A stretch of 64,000 bases of DNA from Mycobacteriales bacterium (GTDB lineage Bacteria; Actinomycetota; Actinomycetes; Mycobacteriales; SCTD01), in NCBI GenBank assembly GCA_038235705.1, contig JBBSTR010000005.1, positions 5,294 through 69,293 on the forward strand, in the 5' to 3' direction. Below, piece by piece: positions 1-11,039 of the stretch. The first letter of the stretch is position 1; each line of letters begins with the position of its first letter. The translations under genes and the position numbers were made by a program. The notes below the pieces were generated by a model. It worked only from the letters and a program-made list of their open reading frames with translations, was not told the origin of the DNA and did no database searches.

Positions 1-5
1 TGCGC

Positions 6-1433
6 ATGATCAGCCGGCTGCGAGGCCTGGAACGGCGTACGCGGCCGTACGACCCCGAGTTCCGGGCGGCGATGGCCCGGCGGTGGGAGGGGCTGCCGGA
101 CATCGTGAAGACTCCCGGTCAGGTGCTCGGCCGGCACGGGGTGGGCTGCGAGGGCACCCACGGGGTGTTTCCCAAGTGCAACCTGGCGTGCACGCCTTGC
201 TATCACTCGCGTGACGCCAACCGGGTGCGGATCGACGGACCCCACACGCTCGACAACGTGCGTGCCCAGATGGGGTTGCTGAGGAAGATCCGCGGCCCGC
301 GGGCGCACGCTCAGCTGATCGGCGGGGAGGTCAGCCTGCTGTCCCCGGACGACCACGCCGAGGCTCTGCTGATCATGCGCGAGCACGGGCGCGAGCCGAT
401 GAGCTTCACGCACGGCGACGTCGACGACTCCTACCTCGACGCGCTGGTGCTCGGGAAGGACGGCAGGCGCCGGCTCGACCGGGTCAGCTTCGCCGCCCAC
501 TTCGACATGCAGATGTACGGCCGCCGCGGCATCGCCCGCCCCGCCTCGGAGGCGGCGCTCGACCCGTACCGCAAGAAGTTCGCCGACCAGCTGAAACGGC
601 TCCGCACGCTGCACGGGGTGCGGACCTTCGCCGCGCACAACATGACCGTCACGCCGGAGAACCTCGACCAGGTCGCGGACGTGGTGCGTTCGGCGTCGCG
701 GATGGGCTACGGGATGTTGTCGTTCCAGCCAGCCGCGTTCCTCGGCGACGAACGACGCTGGCACGGCGACTACCGCAACACCACCGGCGACGCGGTCTGG
801 GAACAGATCGAGCGGGGCGCAGGCACCCCGATCGACTACCGCGTGCTCGAGCAGGGTGACGTGCGTTGCAACCGCACGGCGTACGGGTTCGTCGCCGGAG
901 ACCGGTGGCACCCGCTCCTGGACGGTGACGCCGACCTGAGGGCCCGCGACCGGTTCTTCGCGCTGTTCGGGGCCACGCACTTCACCGGGACGGCGGCGCC
1001 CGTGCTCGCCGCCCAGCTCACGCGGGTCGTCGCACGTCACCCGGACGTCGTGGCCACGGCGACCGGCTGGGCCGCCCGCACGGTGCGACGGGTCGGCTTA
1101 CGCACCCTGCTGACGAACCGGGTCCTCCCGGTCACGTTCGTCATGCACCAGTTCATGGACGCTGCCGACGTGGCGCCCGCCTGGCAGCTGATGCAGCAGG
1201 GTGTGACCGCCGACGACCCGCACCTGCGCAGCGTCCAGGAGCGGCTCTCGGCCTGCCACTACGCGATGAGCCACCCCGAGACCGGCGAGATCGTCCCCGC
1301 CTGCGTGCAGCACAGCGTGCTCGACCCGGTCGAGAACGCCGCCTTGCGCACCCTTCTCCCCATCGTCGAGATCGGGCCCGACCGTCCCGACGTCCTGCGA
1401 CGTCGTGACACCAGCAGAAGGGTCAGCACATGA
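6..1433 (+). CDS. Radical SAM protein of unknown function
   Basis: CxxxCxxC motif (CNLACTPC), GGE motif (QLIGGEV), further C-terminal cysteines (VRCN, SACH, PACVQH). Sits at the window edge, so upstream context is unseen. Confidence 0.85.
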   Translation: MISRLRGLERRTRPYDPEFRAAMARRWEGLPDIVKTPGQVLGRHGVGCEGTHGVFPKCNLACTPCYHSRDANRVRIDGPHTLDNVRAQMGLLRKIRGPRAHAQLIGGEVSLLSPDDHAEALLIMREHGREPMSFTHGDVDDSYLDALVLGKDGRRRLDRVSFAAHFDMQMYGRRGIARPASEAALDPYRKKFADQLKRLRTLHGVRTFAAHNMTVTPENLDQVADVVRSASRMGYGMLSFQPAAFLGDERRWHGDYRNTTGDAVWEQIERGAGTPIDYRVLEQGDVRCNRTAYGFVAGDRWHPLLDGDADLRARDRFFALFGATHFTGTAAPVLAAQLTRVVARHPDVVATATGWAARTVRRVGLRTLLTNRVLPVTFVMHQFMDAADVAPAWQLMQQGVTADDPHLRSVQERLSACHYAMSHPETGEIVPACVQHSVLDPVENAALRTLLPIVEIGPDRPDVLRRRDTSRRVST

Positions 1434-1963
1434 GCTCGCTGCTCGACACCCCCGTGGTCCCCCGACCGCCGAAGCCGGCGCCGTCCAGGGCGATCGGCCG
1501 CGGTGCAGCCCTGCTGCTGGGCGGGCTCGTCGTCATCCTGGCGATCGAGCCGATCGGGCCCAAGAAGCTCTACTGGATGCCGCTGATCATCGGCCTGACC
1601 TACCTCGTCAGCTCCGCAGTGGGCGGCCGCAGCGGCGGGCTGTGGGTCCCCGGGTTCATCGTCACGTCCTGGGGGGTGGCGACCGTGACGATCCTGTCCG
1701 GGACGATCGGCGACGCGGGGCGCGACTTCACGCCGGGCACGATCATGATGATCGGGGTCGGGGCGATCCTGGCCGTGGTCGTGCTGCCGCGCCTCGGGAT
1801 CCCGTGCAACCCGCTCGCCATCGCCGTCATCGTCGCCGCGATCGGGCTGCTCGAGCTGCTGCAGGCCGAGATCGGCGGAGTTCTCACGAAGGGTTGGCCC
1901 TGGGGCGTGCTGCTCGTGCTCGGCGGTCTCTGGGAGCTGCGCCCCTCGGTCACCCGACCCTGA
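1430..1963 (+). CDS. Hypothetical integral membrane protein (about 5-6 TM segments)
   Basis: 177-aa highly hydrophobic ORF; ATGA overlap with the radical SAM stop. Confidence 0.75.
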   Translation: MSSLLDTPVVPRPPKPAPSRAIGRGAALLLGGLVVILAIEPIGPKKLYWMPLIIGLTYLVSSAVGGRSGGLWVPGFIVTSWGVATVTILSGTIGDAGRDFTPGTIMMIGVGAILAVVVLPRLGIPCNPLAIAVIVAAIGLLELLQAEIGGVLTKGWPWGVLLVLGGLWELRPSVTRP

Positions 1964-1976
1964 GGAGTCGCTGCAT

Positions 1977-2038
1977 GATCAACAGGACGTAGTCGTCGTG
2001 ACTCGCCGGCGTGTCACGGCGACCACTCCCTGTTGATC
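1977..2038. repeat. 62-bp imperfect palindrome (REP-like), termini GATCAACAGG / CCTGTTGATC
   Basis: Symmetric about 2007/2008: 26 Watson-Crick pairs, 1 G-T and 4 mismatches by manual count. Confidence 0.75.
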
Positions 2039-2135
2039 TTTGACGCTGCTGGCAGTGCCCGCCGGGCGGGCCCGGCGTAGCGCGGGCGTGGTCGGGCAGG
2101 CTGACGGGCATGATCTTCCTCAGCAGGACCGACCG

Positions 2136-2750
2136 ATGAGCCCGTGGCAGCTGGCGGCGACCTGGGTCGTGATCGGGGTGCTGCCATCCGATCAGGGCCC
2201 GAGCCCCTGGGTCACCGAGGTCGACGGCCAGACCACGGTCGTCGCCTGGACCGATCCCGACCTCGCACGCAAGGGGGTGCCCGAGACGCACGATCTGGCG
2301 CAGGTCGTCGTGCACGAGCTGGTCGGTCAGCTGCCGCCCGGGGTGGGGATGGCGCTGGTCCAGGGCGAGCAGGGTCTGCGCATCGCGGCGGACCAGACCG
2401 GCCCGCTGGCGGCCGCCGGCAAGCCGTTCCCGATCGGCGCCCGCACGGTGACCGGTGAGCCCGCGGACCCGCCGACCGCCTACCTGGAGGCGCTGCGTGC
2501 CGCCGCGGCGGACGTGGCCACGGTCGAGCGGCTGTTCCTGACCGGCTACCAGGTCGAGGACGCGCCGCCGCAGCTGCTGCTGGTGCACGAGGCCGAGGAC
2601 GCGCAGGCCGCCGCCGATCTCGGGGTCCACGCCGCGGAGCAGGTCGGCCAGCAGGGCGGCGTGCTCGTCCTCGCGCTGCAGGAGCTGCCGGAGGAGACCC
2701 GCGACTGGCTGTTGACCACCGAGCCGGTCTACAGCCGCGCCACGGCGTGA
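2136..2750 (+). CDS. SseB-like protein
   Basis: Two-part layout resembling SseB N- and C-terminal domains (VVAWTDPD..., GEPADPP...VERLFL). Start moved to ATG 2136. Confidence 0.55.
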   Translation: MSPWQLAATWVVIGVLPSDQGPSPWVTEVDGQTTVVAWTDPDLARKGVPETHDLAQVVVHELVGQLPPGVGMALVQGEQGLRIAADQTGPLAAAGKPFPIGARTVTGEPADPPTAYLEALRAAAADVATVERLFLTGYQVEDAPPQLLLVHEAEDAQAAADLGVHAAEQVGQQGGVLVLALQELPEETRDWLLTTEPVYSRATA

Positions 2751-3925
2751 CCGCAGCACCTGAGACCGCCCTCGACCCCCTGACCGCTCGCGGGACTCCC
2801 GGCCAGACAGCACCGACCGAGGGCCGCGGCCCGTTGCCGGGGCAGGTGGACGTGCTCGTCGTCGGCGCTGGTCAGGCCGGGCTCGGCGCCGCGCACGCGC
2901 TGCAGCGAAAGGCTCCGCACCTGTCCGTGCTCGTCGTCGACGGCGCCGAGCAGGTCGGACACACCTGGACCCAGCGCTGGGACTCGCTCCAGCTGTTCAC
3001 CCCGCGGCACTTCAGCCGGCTGCCGGGGCTCGCGTTCCCGGACGGCGAGCACCCGTCGCCGAGCCGGCTGGAGATGGCGGGCTATCTGCGCACGTACGCC
3101 CAGGTCTGGGAGCTGCGGGTGCGGACGAGCACGCCGGTGCAGCGCCTGACCCGTACGTCCGAGGGGTTCGTCGCCCAGACCCCGGACGGGGAGGTGCGCG
3201 CGGCACAGGTGGTGGTCGCGACCGGCCCGTTCCACGACCGCTTCGTGCCGTCGGCTGCTGCCGACCTCGAAGCGGGTGTGACCCAGCTGCACTCCTACGA
3301 CTACGACCGGCCGGGCGACCTGCCGCCCGGCGCGGTGACGGTCGTCGGCGGTGGCAACTCGGCGGCGCAGCTGGCGCTCGACCTGCTCGGCACGCACGCG
3401 GTCACGCTGATCACGCCGGGGGACCCGTGGTTCATACCGGACCGGGTGCTGGGGCTGTCGACCTACTGGCCGATGCAGCTCTTCGGCATCCTCGGCGCGG
3501 ACGCCCACGGACCGGTCTCGCGCTACGTGCGCCGACGTGGGGACGCCATCTTCGGACGGCAGCTCGTGGGACCGATCGAGCGGGGCGAGGTGACCCTGCT
3601 GACCTCCCGGGTGGTCGGGGCCTCGGGACGCTCGCTGGTCCTGCAGGACGGCACCCGCTCCGAGGTGCAGACCGTGCTGTGGTGCACCGGGTTCCACGCC
3701 GCGTTCCCGTGGCTCGACGTGCCGGCCGCGCTGGACGACGAAGGGCAGCCGGTGCACGACCGCGGCGCGTCACCGGTCACCGGGTTGCACTGGATGGGGC
3801 TGCCCTGGCAGTCCCGGCTCGACAGCTCGATCGTGCACGGGATCGGACCGGACGCGCGTCGTACGGTCGAGCGCGTGGCGGGTGCCGTCCCGGCCGGCCG
3901 GGTGCGCGCGCTGCTCGGTCGATAA
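2747..3925 (+). CDS. Flavin-containing monooxygenase family NAD(P)/FAD oxidoreductase (CzcO-like)
   Basis: VVGAGQAG, RWDSLQLFTP, ATG, LHSYDY, VVGGGNSA and WCTGF motifs. Confidence 0.88.
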   Translation: MTAAPETALDPLTARGTPGQTAPTEGRGPLPGQVDVLVVGAGQAGLGAAHALQRKAPHLSVLVVDGAEQVGHTWTQRWDSLQLFTPRHFSRLPGLAFPDGEHPSPSRLEMAGYLRTYAQVWELRVRTSTPVQRLTRTSEGFVAQTPDGEVRAAQVVVATGPFHDRFVPSAAADLEAGVTQLHSYDYDRPGDLPPGAVTVVGGGNSAAQLALDLLGTHAVTLITPGDPWFIPDRVLGLSTYWPMQLFGILGADAHGPVSRYVRRRGDAIFGRQLVGPIERGEVTLLTSRVVGASGRSLVLQDGTRSEVQTVLWCTGFHAAFPWLDVPAALDDEGQPVHDRGASPVTGLHWMGLPWQSRLDSSIVHGIGPDARRTVERVAGAVPAGRVRALLGR

Positions 3926-3935
3926 GGTCTGGGGC

Positions 3936-4871
3936 GTGCAGAGGTGGCGCGGGACCAGCAGTGCCCCGGCGGGCTGGGGTCGCTGCGTCGTGACGATCGG
4001 CGTCTTCGACGGCGTGCACCGTGGGCATCAAGAGATCATCGGGCGGGCCGTCGCACGGGCCCGTGAGCTCGGTGTCCCCTCGGTCGTGCTCACCTTCGAC
4101 CCGCACCCGAGCGAGGTCGTCCGCGCGGGGAGCCACCCGGCGATGCTCACCAGCCAGCGCCTGCGCGCCGACCTCGTCGAGCAGCTCGGCGTGGACGTGG
4201 TGTGCGTGCAGCCGTTCACGCCGGCGTTCTCCCGGCTGAGCGCCGAGGAGTTCGTCCACGAGATGCTTGTCGGAGACCTGCACGTCGCCGAGGTGATCGT
4301 CGGTGAGAACTTCCGCTACGGGCACAAGGGCACCGGTGACATCACCTCGCTCAGGGCCGACGGTCGCCGCTTCGGGTTCGGGGTGCGGGCGCTCGGGCTG
4401 GTCGCGCGGGACGCGGGCACGAACTTCTCCAGCACGTACGTGCGGTCCTGCGTGCAGGCCGGCGACGTGGAGAGCGCCGCGGGCGCCCTGGGCCGGGAGC
4501 ACCGGGTCGAGGGCGTCGTCGTGCGGGGCGACCAGCGCGGGCGGGAGCTCGGCTACCCCACGGCCAACCTGCAGGTGCTGCCGCACAGCGCCGTCCCGGC
4601 AGACGGGGTCTACGCGGGTCGGCTCGTCCGGGCCTCCGGCGAGACGTTGCCGGCCGCGATCTCGATCGGTACCAACCCCACCTTTGCCGGCGACGAGCAG
4701 CGCGTCGAGGCCTACGTCCTGGACTTCACCGGCGACCTGTACGGCGAGAGCGTCGCCGTCACCTTCACCGCTCGACTGCGCGGCACGGAGCGCTTCGACT
4801 CCGCCGAGGCCCTGGTCGCGCAGATGGCCGTCGACGTCGCACGGACCGCCGAGCTGGTGCAGCCCGGCTGA
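3936..4871 (+). CDS. ribF: Bifunctional riboflavin kinase / FAD synthetase
   Basis: [36 protein letters not shown]; lies upstream of rpsO. Confidence 0.97.
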   Translation: MQRWRGTSSAPAGWGRCVVTIGVFDGVHRGHQEIIGRAVARARELGVPSVVLTFDPHPSEVVRAGSHPAMLTSQRLRADLVEQLGVDVVCVQPFTPAFSRLSAEEFVHEMLVGDLHVAEVIVGENFRYGHKGTGDITSLRADGRRFGFGVRALGLVARDAGTNFSSTYVRSCVQAGDVESAAGALGREHRVEGVVVRGDQRGRELGYPTANLQVLPHSAVPADGVYAGRLVRASGETLPAAISIGTNPTFAGDEQRVEAYVLDFTGDLYGESVAVTFTARLRGTERFDSAEALVAQMAVDVARTAELVQPG

Positions 4872-4893
4872 GCCACTGCTAGCCTCGAGCCAT

Positions 4894-4974
4894 CCGGCAT
4901 CGCCGGTGTGTGACGTCCATGCCCAGGTGAAGCAGACCCTGGGTGCACACGACTTCCCAAGGAGACACGTCTTG
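4894..4974 (+). promoter_or_regulatory. Structured rpsO 5' leader (candidate S15 autoregulatory element)
   Basis: TAGCCT -10 at 4880-4885; stem GCCCAGG (4921-4927)/CCTGGGT (4938-4944) closed by GTGTG/CACAC; AAGGAG SD before TTG 4972. Confidence 0.5.
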
Positions 4975-5241
4975 CCGCTCGACCTCGCCACCAAGCAGGC
5001 GATCATGACCGAGTACGCCACCGTCGAGGGCGACACGGGCTCTCCCGAGGTGCAGGTCGCGGTCCTCACCAAGCGCATCAAGGACCTGACCGAGCACCTC
5101 AAGACCCACAAGCACGATCACCACACCCGGCGCGGGCTGCTCGCGCTGGTGGGCCGCCGCAAGCGGCTCCTGAAGTACCTGGAGAAGACCGACATCACCC
5201 GATACCGCGAGCTCATCGCGCGGCTCGGTCTGCGCCGCTAG
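4972..5241 (+). CDS. rpsO: 30S ribosomal protein S15
   Basis: 89 aa from TTG with SD; [11 protein letters not shown]...[11 protein letters not shown]. Confidence 0.98.
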   Translation: MPLDLATKQAIMTEYATVEGDTGSPEVQVAVLTKRIKDLTEHLKTHKHDHHTRRGLLALVGRRKRLLKYLEKTDITRYRELIARLGLRR

Positions 5242-5247
5242 CACGAC

Positions 5248-5275
5248 AGGGGAGCGCCCACGGGGGTGCTCCCCT
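5248..5275 (+). terminator. GC-rich hairpin after rpsO (probable terminator or processing stem)
   Basis: 12-bp stem AGGGGAGCGCCC / GGGTGCTCCCCT with 4-nt loop; no long U tract. Confidence 0.6.
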
Positions 5276-5318
5276 CCGTCGTACGAGGACCCTCGTGCGA
5301 CTCCGAGCCGGCCGCCTG

Positions 5319-5388
5319 ACGGCCCGGTCCTCGGGAGTGGCGGTCAGGCACGAGAAGCCCTGACCGCTTCCACTGAGCACCGCGCCGT
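5319..5388 (+). ncRNA. Actino-pnp cis-regulatory RNA motif
   Basis: Long hairpin CGGCCCGGTCCTCGGGAGTGGCGGTCAGG...CCTGACCGCTTCCACTGAGCACCGCGCCG in the pnp 5' region; position and CGGTCCTCGG.AGTGG arm match the known actinobacterial motif. Confidence 0.75.
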
Positions 5389-5423
5389 GACGCCCGCCGG
5401 CTCGCCAGTGAAGAGGAGTGCCC

Positions 5424-7640
5424 ATGACGGGCTCAGCAGAGATTCAAGAAGAGAACGAGAGCTACATCTACGGCAGCGAGTTCGTCGACGCCGTGATCGA
5501 GAACCCGGGCGGCCAGCGCACGCTCCGCCTGGAGACCGGCCGCCTGGCCAAGCAGGCTGCCGGCGCCGTCGTCATCTACATGGGCGACACGATGGTGCTG
5601 TCGGCCACGACGGCTGGCAAGCGCCCGAAGGACAACCTGGACTTCTTCCCCCTGACGGTGGACGTCGAGGAGCGGATGTATGCGGTCGGCAAGATCCCCG
5701 GCAGCTTCTTCCGCCGCGAGGGTCGCCCGAGCGAGGACGCCATCCTGACCTGCCGCCTCACCGACCGGCCGCTGCGCCCGTCGTTCAAGAAGGGCCTGCG
5801 CAACGAGGTCCAGGTCGTCAGCACCATCCTGGCGCTGGACCCCGACCACCTCTACGACGTGCTGGCCATCAACTCGGCCGCCGCCTCCGTGCTGCTCTCC
5901 GGCCTGCCGTTCACCGGCCCGGTCGGCGCGACCCGCGTCGCCCGCACCAGTGCCGGCTGGATCGCCTTCCCGACCCAGACCGAGCTGGCCGACGCGACCT
6001 TCGACATGATCGTCGCCGGGCGCCTGCTGGACGACGGCGACGTCGCGATCATGATGGTCGAGGCCGAGGCGACCAAGGACGTCTACGAGGTCATGAACGG
6101 TGGCGGCGTCGCCCCCACCGAGGACGTCGTCGCCGAGGGTCTTGAGGCCGCCAAGGCCCCGATCGCCGCCATCTGTCGTGCGCAGAAGGAGCTGGCCGCC
6201 AAGAGCCCGAAGGCCCCGATCGAGGTGCCGGTCTTCGTCGACTACGAGGACGACGTGTTCGAGGCCGTCAGCAAGGCCGCCGACGGACCGCTGACCAAGG
6301 CGATGCAGATCGCCGACAAGCAGGACCGCGACGCCGCCAGCGACAAGGCCAAGGCCGACACGCTGGCCCAGCTGGGCGCGCAGTTCGAGGGTCGCGAGAA
6401 GGAGCTGTCCGCAGCCTTCCGGGCGGTCACCAAGCAGGTCGTCCGCCGTCGCATCGTCCAGGACAAGATCCGGATCGACGGCCGTGGCCTGGAGGACATC
6501 CGCCAGCTGGCGGCCGAGGTCGAGGTGCTCCCGCGGGTGCACGGCTCGGCCCTGTTCGAGCGCGGCGAGACCCAGATCATGGGTGTCACCACGCTCAACA
6601 TGCTGCGCATGGAGCAGATGGTCGACACGCTCAACCCGGAGAACCGCAAGCGCTACATGCACCACTACAACTTCCCGCCGTACAGCACCGGCGAGACCGG
6701 TCGGGTCGGGTCGCCGAAGCGCCGCGAGATCGGGCACGGTGCGCTCGCCGAGCGGGCCCTTCTGCCGGTCCTGCCGAGCCGTGAGTCGTTCCCGTACGCG
6801 ATCCGCCAGGTCTCCGAGGCGCTCGGCTCCAACGGGTCGACCTCGATGGGTTCGGTCTGCGCCAGCACGATGTCGCTGCTCAACGCCGGGGTGCCGCTGC
6901 GCGCGCCGGTCGCCGGCATCGCCATGGGCCTGGTCTACGAGGGCGGCGAGTACGCCACCCTGACCGACATCCTCGGCGCCGAGGACGCGTTCGGCGACAT
7001 GGACTTCAAGGTCGCCGGCACCCCGCAGTTCGTCACTGCGCTGCAGCTGGACACCAAGCTCGACGGCATCCCGTCCTCGGTGCTCGCCGCCGCGCTCCAG
7101 CAGGCCCGGGTCGCCCGGCTCGCCATCCTTGACGTGATGAACGAGGCGATCGACGAGCCCGACGAGATGGCTCCGACCGCGCCGCGCGTGCTGTCGGTCA
7201 AGATCCCGGTCGACAAGATCGGCGAGGTCATCGGCCCGAAGGGCAAGATGATCAACCAGATCCAGGCCGACACGGGCGCCGACATCACCGTCGAGGACGA
7301 CGGCACCATCTACATCGGTGCCGTCGACGGGCCTTCGGCGGAGGCGGCGCTGGCGACGATCAACATGATCGCCAACCCGACGATGCCGAAGATCGGCGAG
7401 CGGTTCCTCGGCACGGTCGTGAAGACCGCCGCCTTCGGCGCCTTCGTCAGCCTGACGCCGGGCAAGGACGGGCTCGTACACATCTCCAAGCTCGGCAACG
7501 GCAAGCGGGTGGGCAAGGTCGAGGACGTCGTCAACGTCGGCGACAAGCTCCAGGTCGAGATCACCGACATCGACCAGCGCGGCAAGATCAGCCTCACCCC
7601 GGTCGAGAACGCGGGCGCTCCGACGCCGGCCGACGCCTGA
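5424..7640 (+). CDS. pnp: Polyribonucleotide nucleotidyltransferase (PNPase)
   Basis: [30 protein letters not shown] and S1 domains; GAGGAG SD. Confidence 0.98.
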   Translation: MTGSAEIQEENESYIYGSEFVDAVIENPGGQRTLRLETGRLAKQAAGAVVIYMGDTMVLSATTAGKRPKDNLDFFPLTVDVEERMYAVGKIPGSFFRREGRPSEDAILTCRLTDRPLRPSFKKGLRNEVQVVSTILALDPDHLYDVLAINSAAASVLLSGLPFTGPVGATRVARTSAGWIAFPTQTELADATFDMIVAGRLLDDGDVAIMMVEAEATKDVYEVMNGGGVAPTEDVVAEGLEAAKAPIAAICRAQKELAAKSPKAPIEVPVFVDYEDDVFEAVSKAADGPLTKAMQIADKQDRDAASDKAKADTLAQLGAQFEGREKELSAAFRAVTKQVVRRRIVQDKIRIDGRGLEDIRQLAAEVEVLPRVHGSALFERGETQIMGVTTLNMLRMEQMVDTLNPENRKRYMHHYNFPPYSTGETGRVGSPKRREIGHGALAERALLPVLPSRESFPYAIRQVSEALGSNGSTSMGSVCASTMSLLNAGVPLRAPVAGIAMGLVYEGGEYATLTDILGAEDAFGDMDFKVAGTPQFVTALQLDTKLDGIPSSVLAAALQQARVARLAILDVMNEAIDEPDEMAPTAPRVLSVKIPVDKIGEVIGPKGKMINQIQADTGADITVEDDGTIYIGAVDGPSAEAALATINMIANPTMPKIGERFLGTVVKTAAFGAFVSLTPGKDGLVHISKLGNGKRVGKVEDVVNVGDKLQVEITDIDQRGKISLTPVENAGAPTPADA

Positions 7641-7665
7641 TCCTCTGAACGACACGCGCCCCAGC

Positions 7666-8952
7666 ATGCAGGCAGCCCCCTCGGACGGCGCCGTCCTCTC
7701 CAGGACGGTGCTGCCGGGGGGGCTGCGTGTCGTCTCCGAGTCGATCCCCGGCGCCCGGTCGGTCGCCTTCGGGATCTGGGTCGGGGTCGGCTCCCGGGAC
7801 GAGAGCCCGGAGCTGGCGGGCAGCTCGCACTACCTGGAGCACCTGCTGTTCAAGGGCACGCACAGGCGCTCGGCGCTGGAGATCTCCAGCGCGATCGAGG
7901 CGGTCGGCGGGGAGAGCAACGCCTTCACCGACAAGGAGTACACGTGCTTCTACGCCCGGGTGCTCTCCGGCGACCTGTCGCTGGCGGTCGACGTGACGTG
8001 CGACATGCTCACCGACTCGTTGCTGCGTGCCAAGGACGTCGAGTCCGAGCGCGAGGTCGTGCTCGAGGAGATCGCGATGCGCGACGACGACCCGGGCGAC
8101 GTGGTGCACGAGCTGTTCGCCGAGGCGCTCTACGGCGCTCACCCGCTGGGGCGCCCGATCATCGGCTCGGTCGCGAGCGTCGAGGGCCTCACGCGCGACG
8201 GCATCCACGGGTTCTGGCGGGAGCGTTACACGCCGTCCTCCATGGTCGTGTCCGCGGCCGGTGGGTTGGACCACGAGACGCTCCTACGACAGGTGCAGGT
8301 CGCGTTCGGCAGCCTGGACGCGTCGGTGGTCCCGACCCCGCGACGGCTGGCCGACGACGGGCCCGCCGGGTTGTCGCAGGTGGTCGCGCAGCGCAGAAGG
8401 ACCGAGCAGGCGCACGTCGTGCTCGGCACCACCGGTCTCGCCCGCGACGACGAACGTCGCTGGGCGCTGGCCGTGCTCAACGGCGGGCTCGGCGGTGGGA
8501 TGAGCAGCCGGCTGTTCCAGACCATCCGCGAAGAGCGGGGGCTGGCCTACAGCGTGTTCTCCTACGCCTCCTCGGGCGCGGACACCGGTCAGCTCGGGGT
8601 CTATGCCGGCTGCGCACCCAAGAAGCTGGGACAGGTGCTGGAGCTGGTCCGCGACGAGCTGGCGCTGGCCGCCGAGAAGGGGCTGACCGACGAGGAGGTC
8701 ACCCGCGCCAAGGGCCAGCTGCGCGGGGAGACCGTTCTGGGGCTGGAGGACACCGGGTCGCGGATGAGCCGGGTCGGCAAGGCTGAGCTGGTCTCGCGAG
8801 ACCTGCTGACCGTCGACGAGGTGCTGGCCCGGATCGACGCCGTCACCCCGGACGACGTACGCGCGGTGGCGGCCGACGTGCTCACCCGGCCGCTGGCGCT
8901 CGGCGCCGTCGGTCCGCTGGGCACGACCGACCTGGACGCGGCGATCGCCTGA
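7666..8952 (+). CDS. M16 family zinc metallopeptidase
   Basis: HYLEH (HxxEH), LGGGMSSRLFQ; usual position between pnp and dapB. Confidence 0.95.
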   Translation: MQAAPSDGAVLSRTVLPGGLRVVSESIPGARSVAFGIWVGVGSRDESPELAGSSHYLEHLLFKGTHRRSALEISSAIEAVGGESNAFTDKEYTCFYARVLSGDLSLAVDVTCDMLTDSLLRAKDVESEREVVLEEIAMRDDDPGDVVHELFAEALYGAHPLGRPIIGSVASVEGLTRDGIHGFWRERYTPSSMVVSAAGGLDHETLLRQVQVAFGSLDASVVPTPRRLADDGPAGLSQVVAQRRRTEQAHVVLGTTGLARDDERRWALAVLNGGLGGGMSSRLFQTIREERGLAYSVFSYASSGADTGQLGVYAGCAPKKLGQVLELVRDELALAAEKGLTDEEVTRAKGQLRGETVLGLEDTGSRMSRVGKAELVSRDLLTVDEVLARIDAVTPDDVRAVAADVLTRPLALGAVGPLGTTDLDAAIA

Positions 8953-9023
8953 GGGTTCGAGCCGCCGGGGTCGGACCGCCTTGCGATCTGTGCACCCGTG
9001 GGGCCCGGCGTCGGGCTCTGCAC

Positions 9024-9916
<893 letters not shown>

Positions 9917-9926
9917 GCGCGGACTC

Positions 9927-10394
9927 GTGAAGATGAAGGCGCGGACCTCGGCCGGTCTGGTCATCGCCGTCGTCGGGATCCTCGCGGCCTACCTGAGCGT
10001 CCGCGCCGTCGCGCTGATCGCGACCGGCCAGCTCAAGGGAGTCGGGCTCGGCATCGGTGTGCTGATGCTCGTGGTCGTCGGGGTCGCGCTGCTGGTCGGC
10101 GAGGTGCAGTTCGGGAGGGCGACCGAACGGCTCGGGCGTCGGCTCGAGCAGGAGGACCGGCTGCCCGCGATCCCGCCGGAGGCGGACCGGCTGCCGAGCG
10201 GACGGCTGACCCGCGACGCGGCCGACGCGCTGTTCGTCGAGCGAGAGACAGACGTGCACGCCGCGCCGGAGGACTGGCGAGCCTGGTTCGCCCTCGCCAC
10301 GGCGTACGGCGATGCCCGTGACCCGGCCCGGGGACGCAAGGCGATGCGCAAGGCGATCGGCTTCGAACGGTCAGAACGCGCCGACCGAGGGTGA
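9927..10394 (+). CDS. Conserved actinobacterial membrane protein with C-terminal TPR-like segment
   Basis: Two TM helices, then PSGR...PEDWRAWFALATAYGDARD; typical gene downstream of dapB. Confidence 0.8.
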   Translation: MKMKARTSAGLVIAVVGILAAYLSVRAVALIATGQLKGVGLGIGVLMLVVVGVALLVGEVQFGRATERLGRRLEQEDRLPAIPPEADRLPSGRLTRDAADALFVERETDVHAAPEDWRAWFALATAYGDARDPARGRKAMRKAIGFERSERADRG

Positions 10395-11032
10395 CGCCGC
10401 GGCGGCGGCTCGCGCTGCTAGCGGTGGTCGTGACCGCGACGCCGCTCGTGCTGGCCCTGACCGGTGTCGTCTCGGCGTCCGGGCTGCGCGCCGTCGTCGA
10501 GCGCACCGGGCCGGCTGCCCCGCTCGCCTACGTCCTGCTGGGGACGCTTCTCGGGGTCCTGCTCGCGCCCGGTCCGGTGCTGGCCGCGACCAGCGGGCTG
10601 CTGTTCGGTCCTTTCACCGGCACCGTGGTCACGGTCACCTCGGCCACGCTGACCGCCGTGATCACCTGTCTGCTCGGACGACGGGCCGGACGGGCCGGCG
10701 CGACAGAGGTGCTGGGCGCACGGGCCGCTGCGGTCGCGCGACTGGTGAAGCGTGACGGCACCGTCGTCGTGATCGTGCAGCGGCTGGCGCCCGGGGTGCC
10801 CGACGGGCCGGTCAGCTACGCCTTCGGCGCGCTGGGGGTGCGCGTCCGTCAGATCGCCGTGGGCACCGTGGTCGGCACCCTGCCGCGAGCATTCTCCTAC
10901 ACAGCCATCGGCGCGTCGCTCCAGGACCCGACGTCGCCGCTCGCGGTCGCCGGACTGGTCGGCGTCGTGGTCACGTCGGTGCTGGGCGCGGTGCTCGTAC
11001 GACGCCTCTGGACGCGAGCGCGGACGAGCTGA
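10391..11032 (+). CDS. TVP38/TMEM64 (DedA/VTT domain) membrane protein
   Basis: PGPVLAATSGLLFG, RLAPGVPDGPVSYAFG, GTLPRAFSY. Confidence 0.88.
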   Translation: MTPRRRLALLAVVVTATPLVLALTGVVSASGLRAVVERTGPAAPLAYVLLGTLLGVLLAPGPVLAATSGLLFGPFTGTVVTVTSATLTAVITCLLGRRAGRAGATEVLGARAAAVARLVKRDGTVVVIVQRLAPGVPDGPVSYAFGALGVRVRQIAVGTVVGTLPRAFSYTAIGASLQDPTSPLAVAGLVGVVVTSVLGAVLVRRLWTRARTS

Positions 11033-11039
11033 GCCCCGC

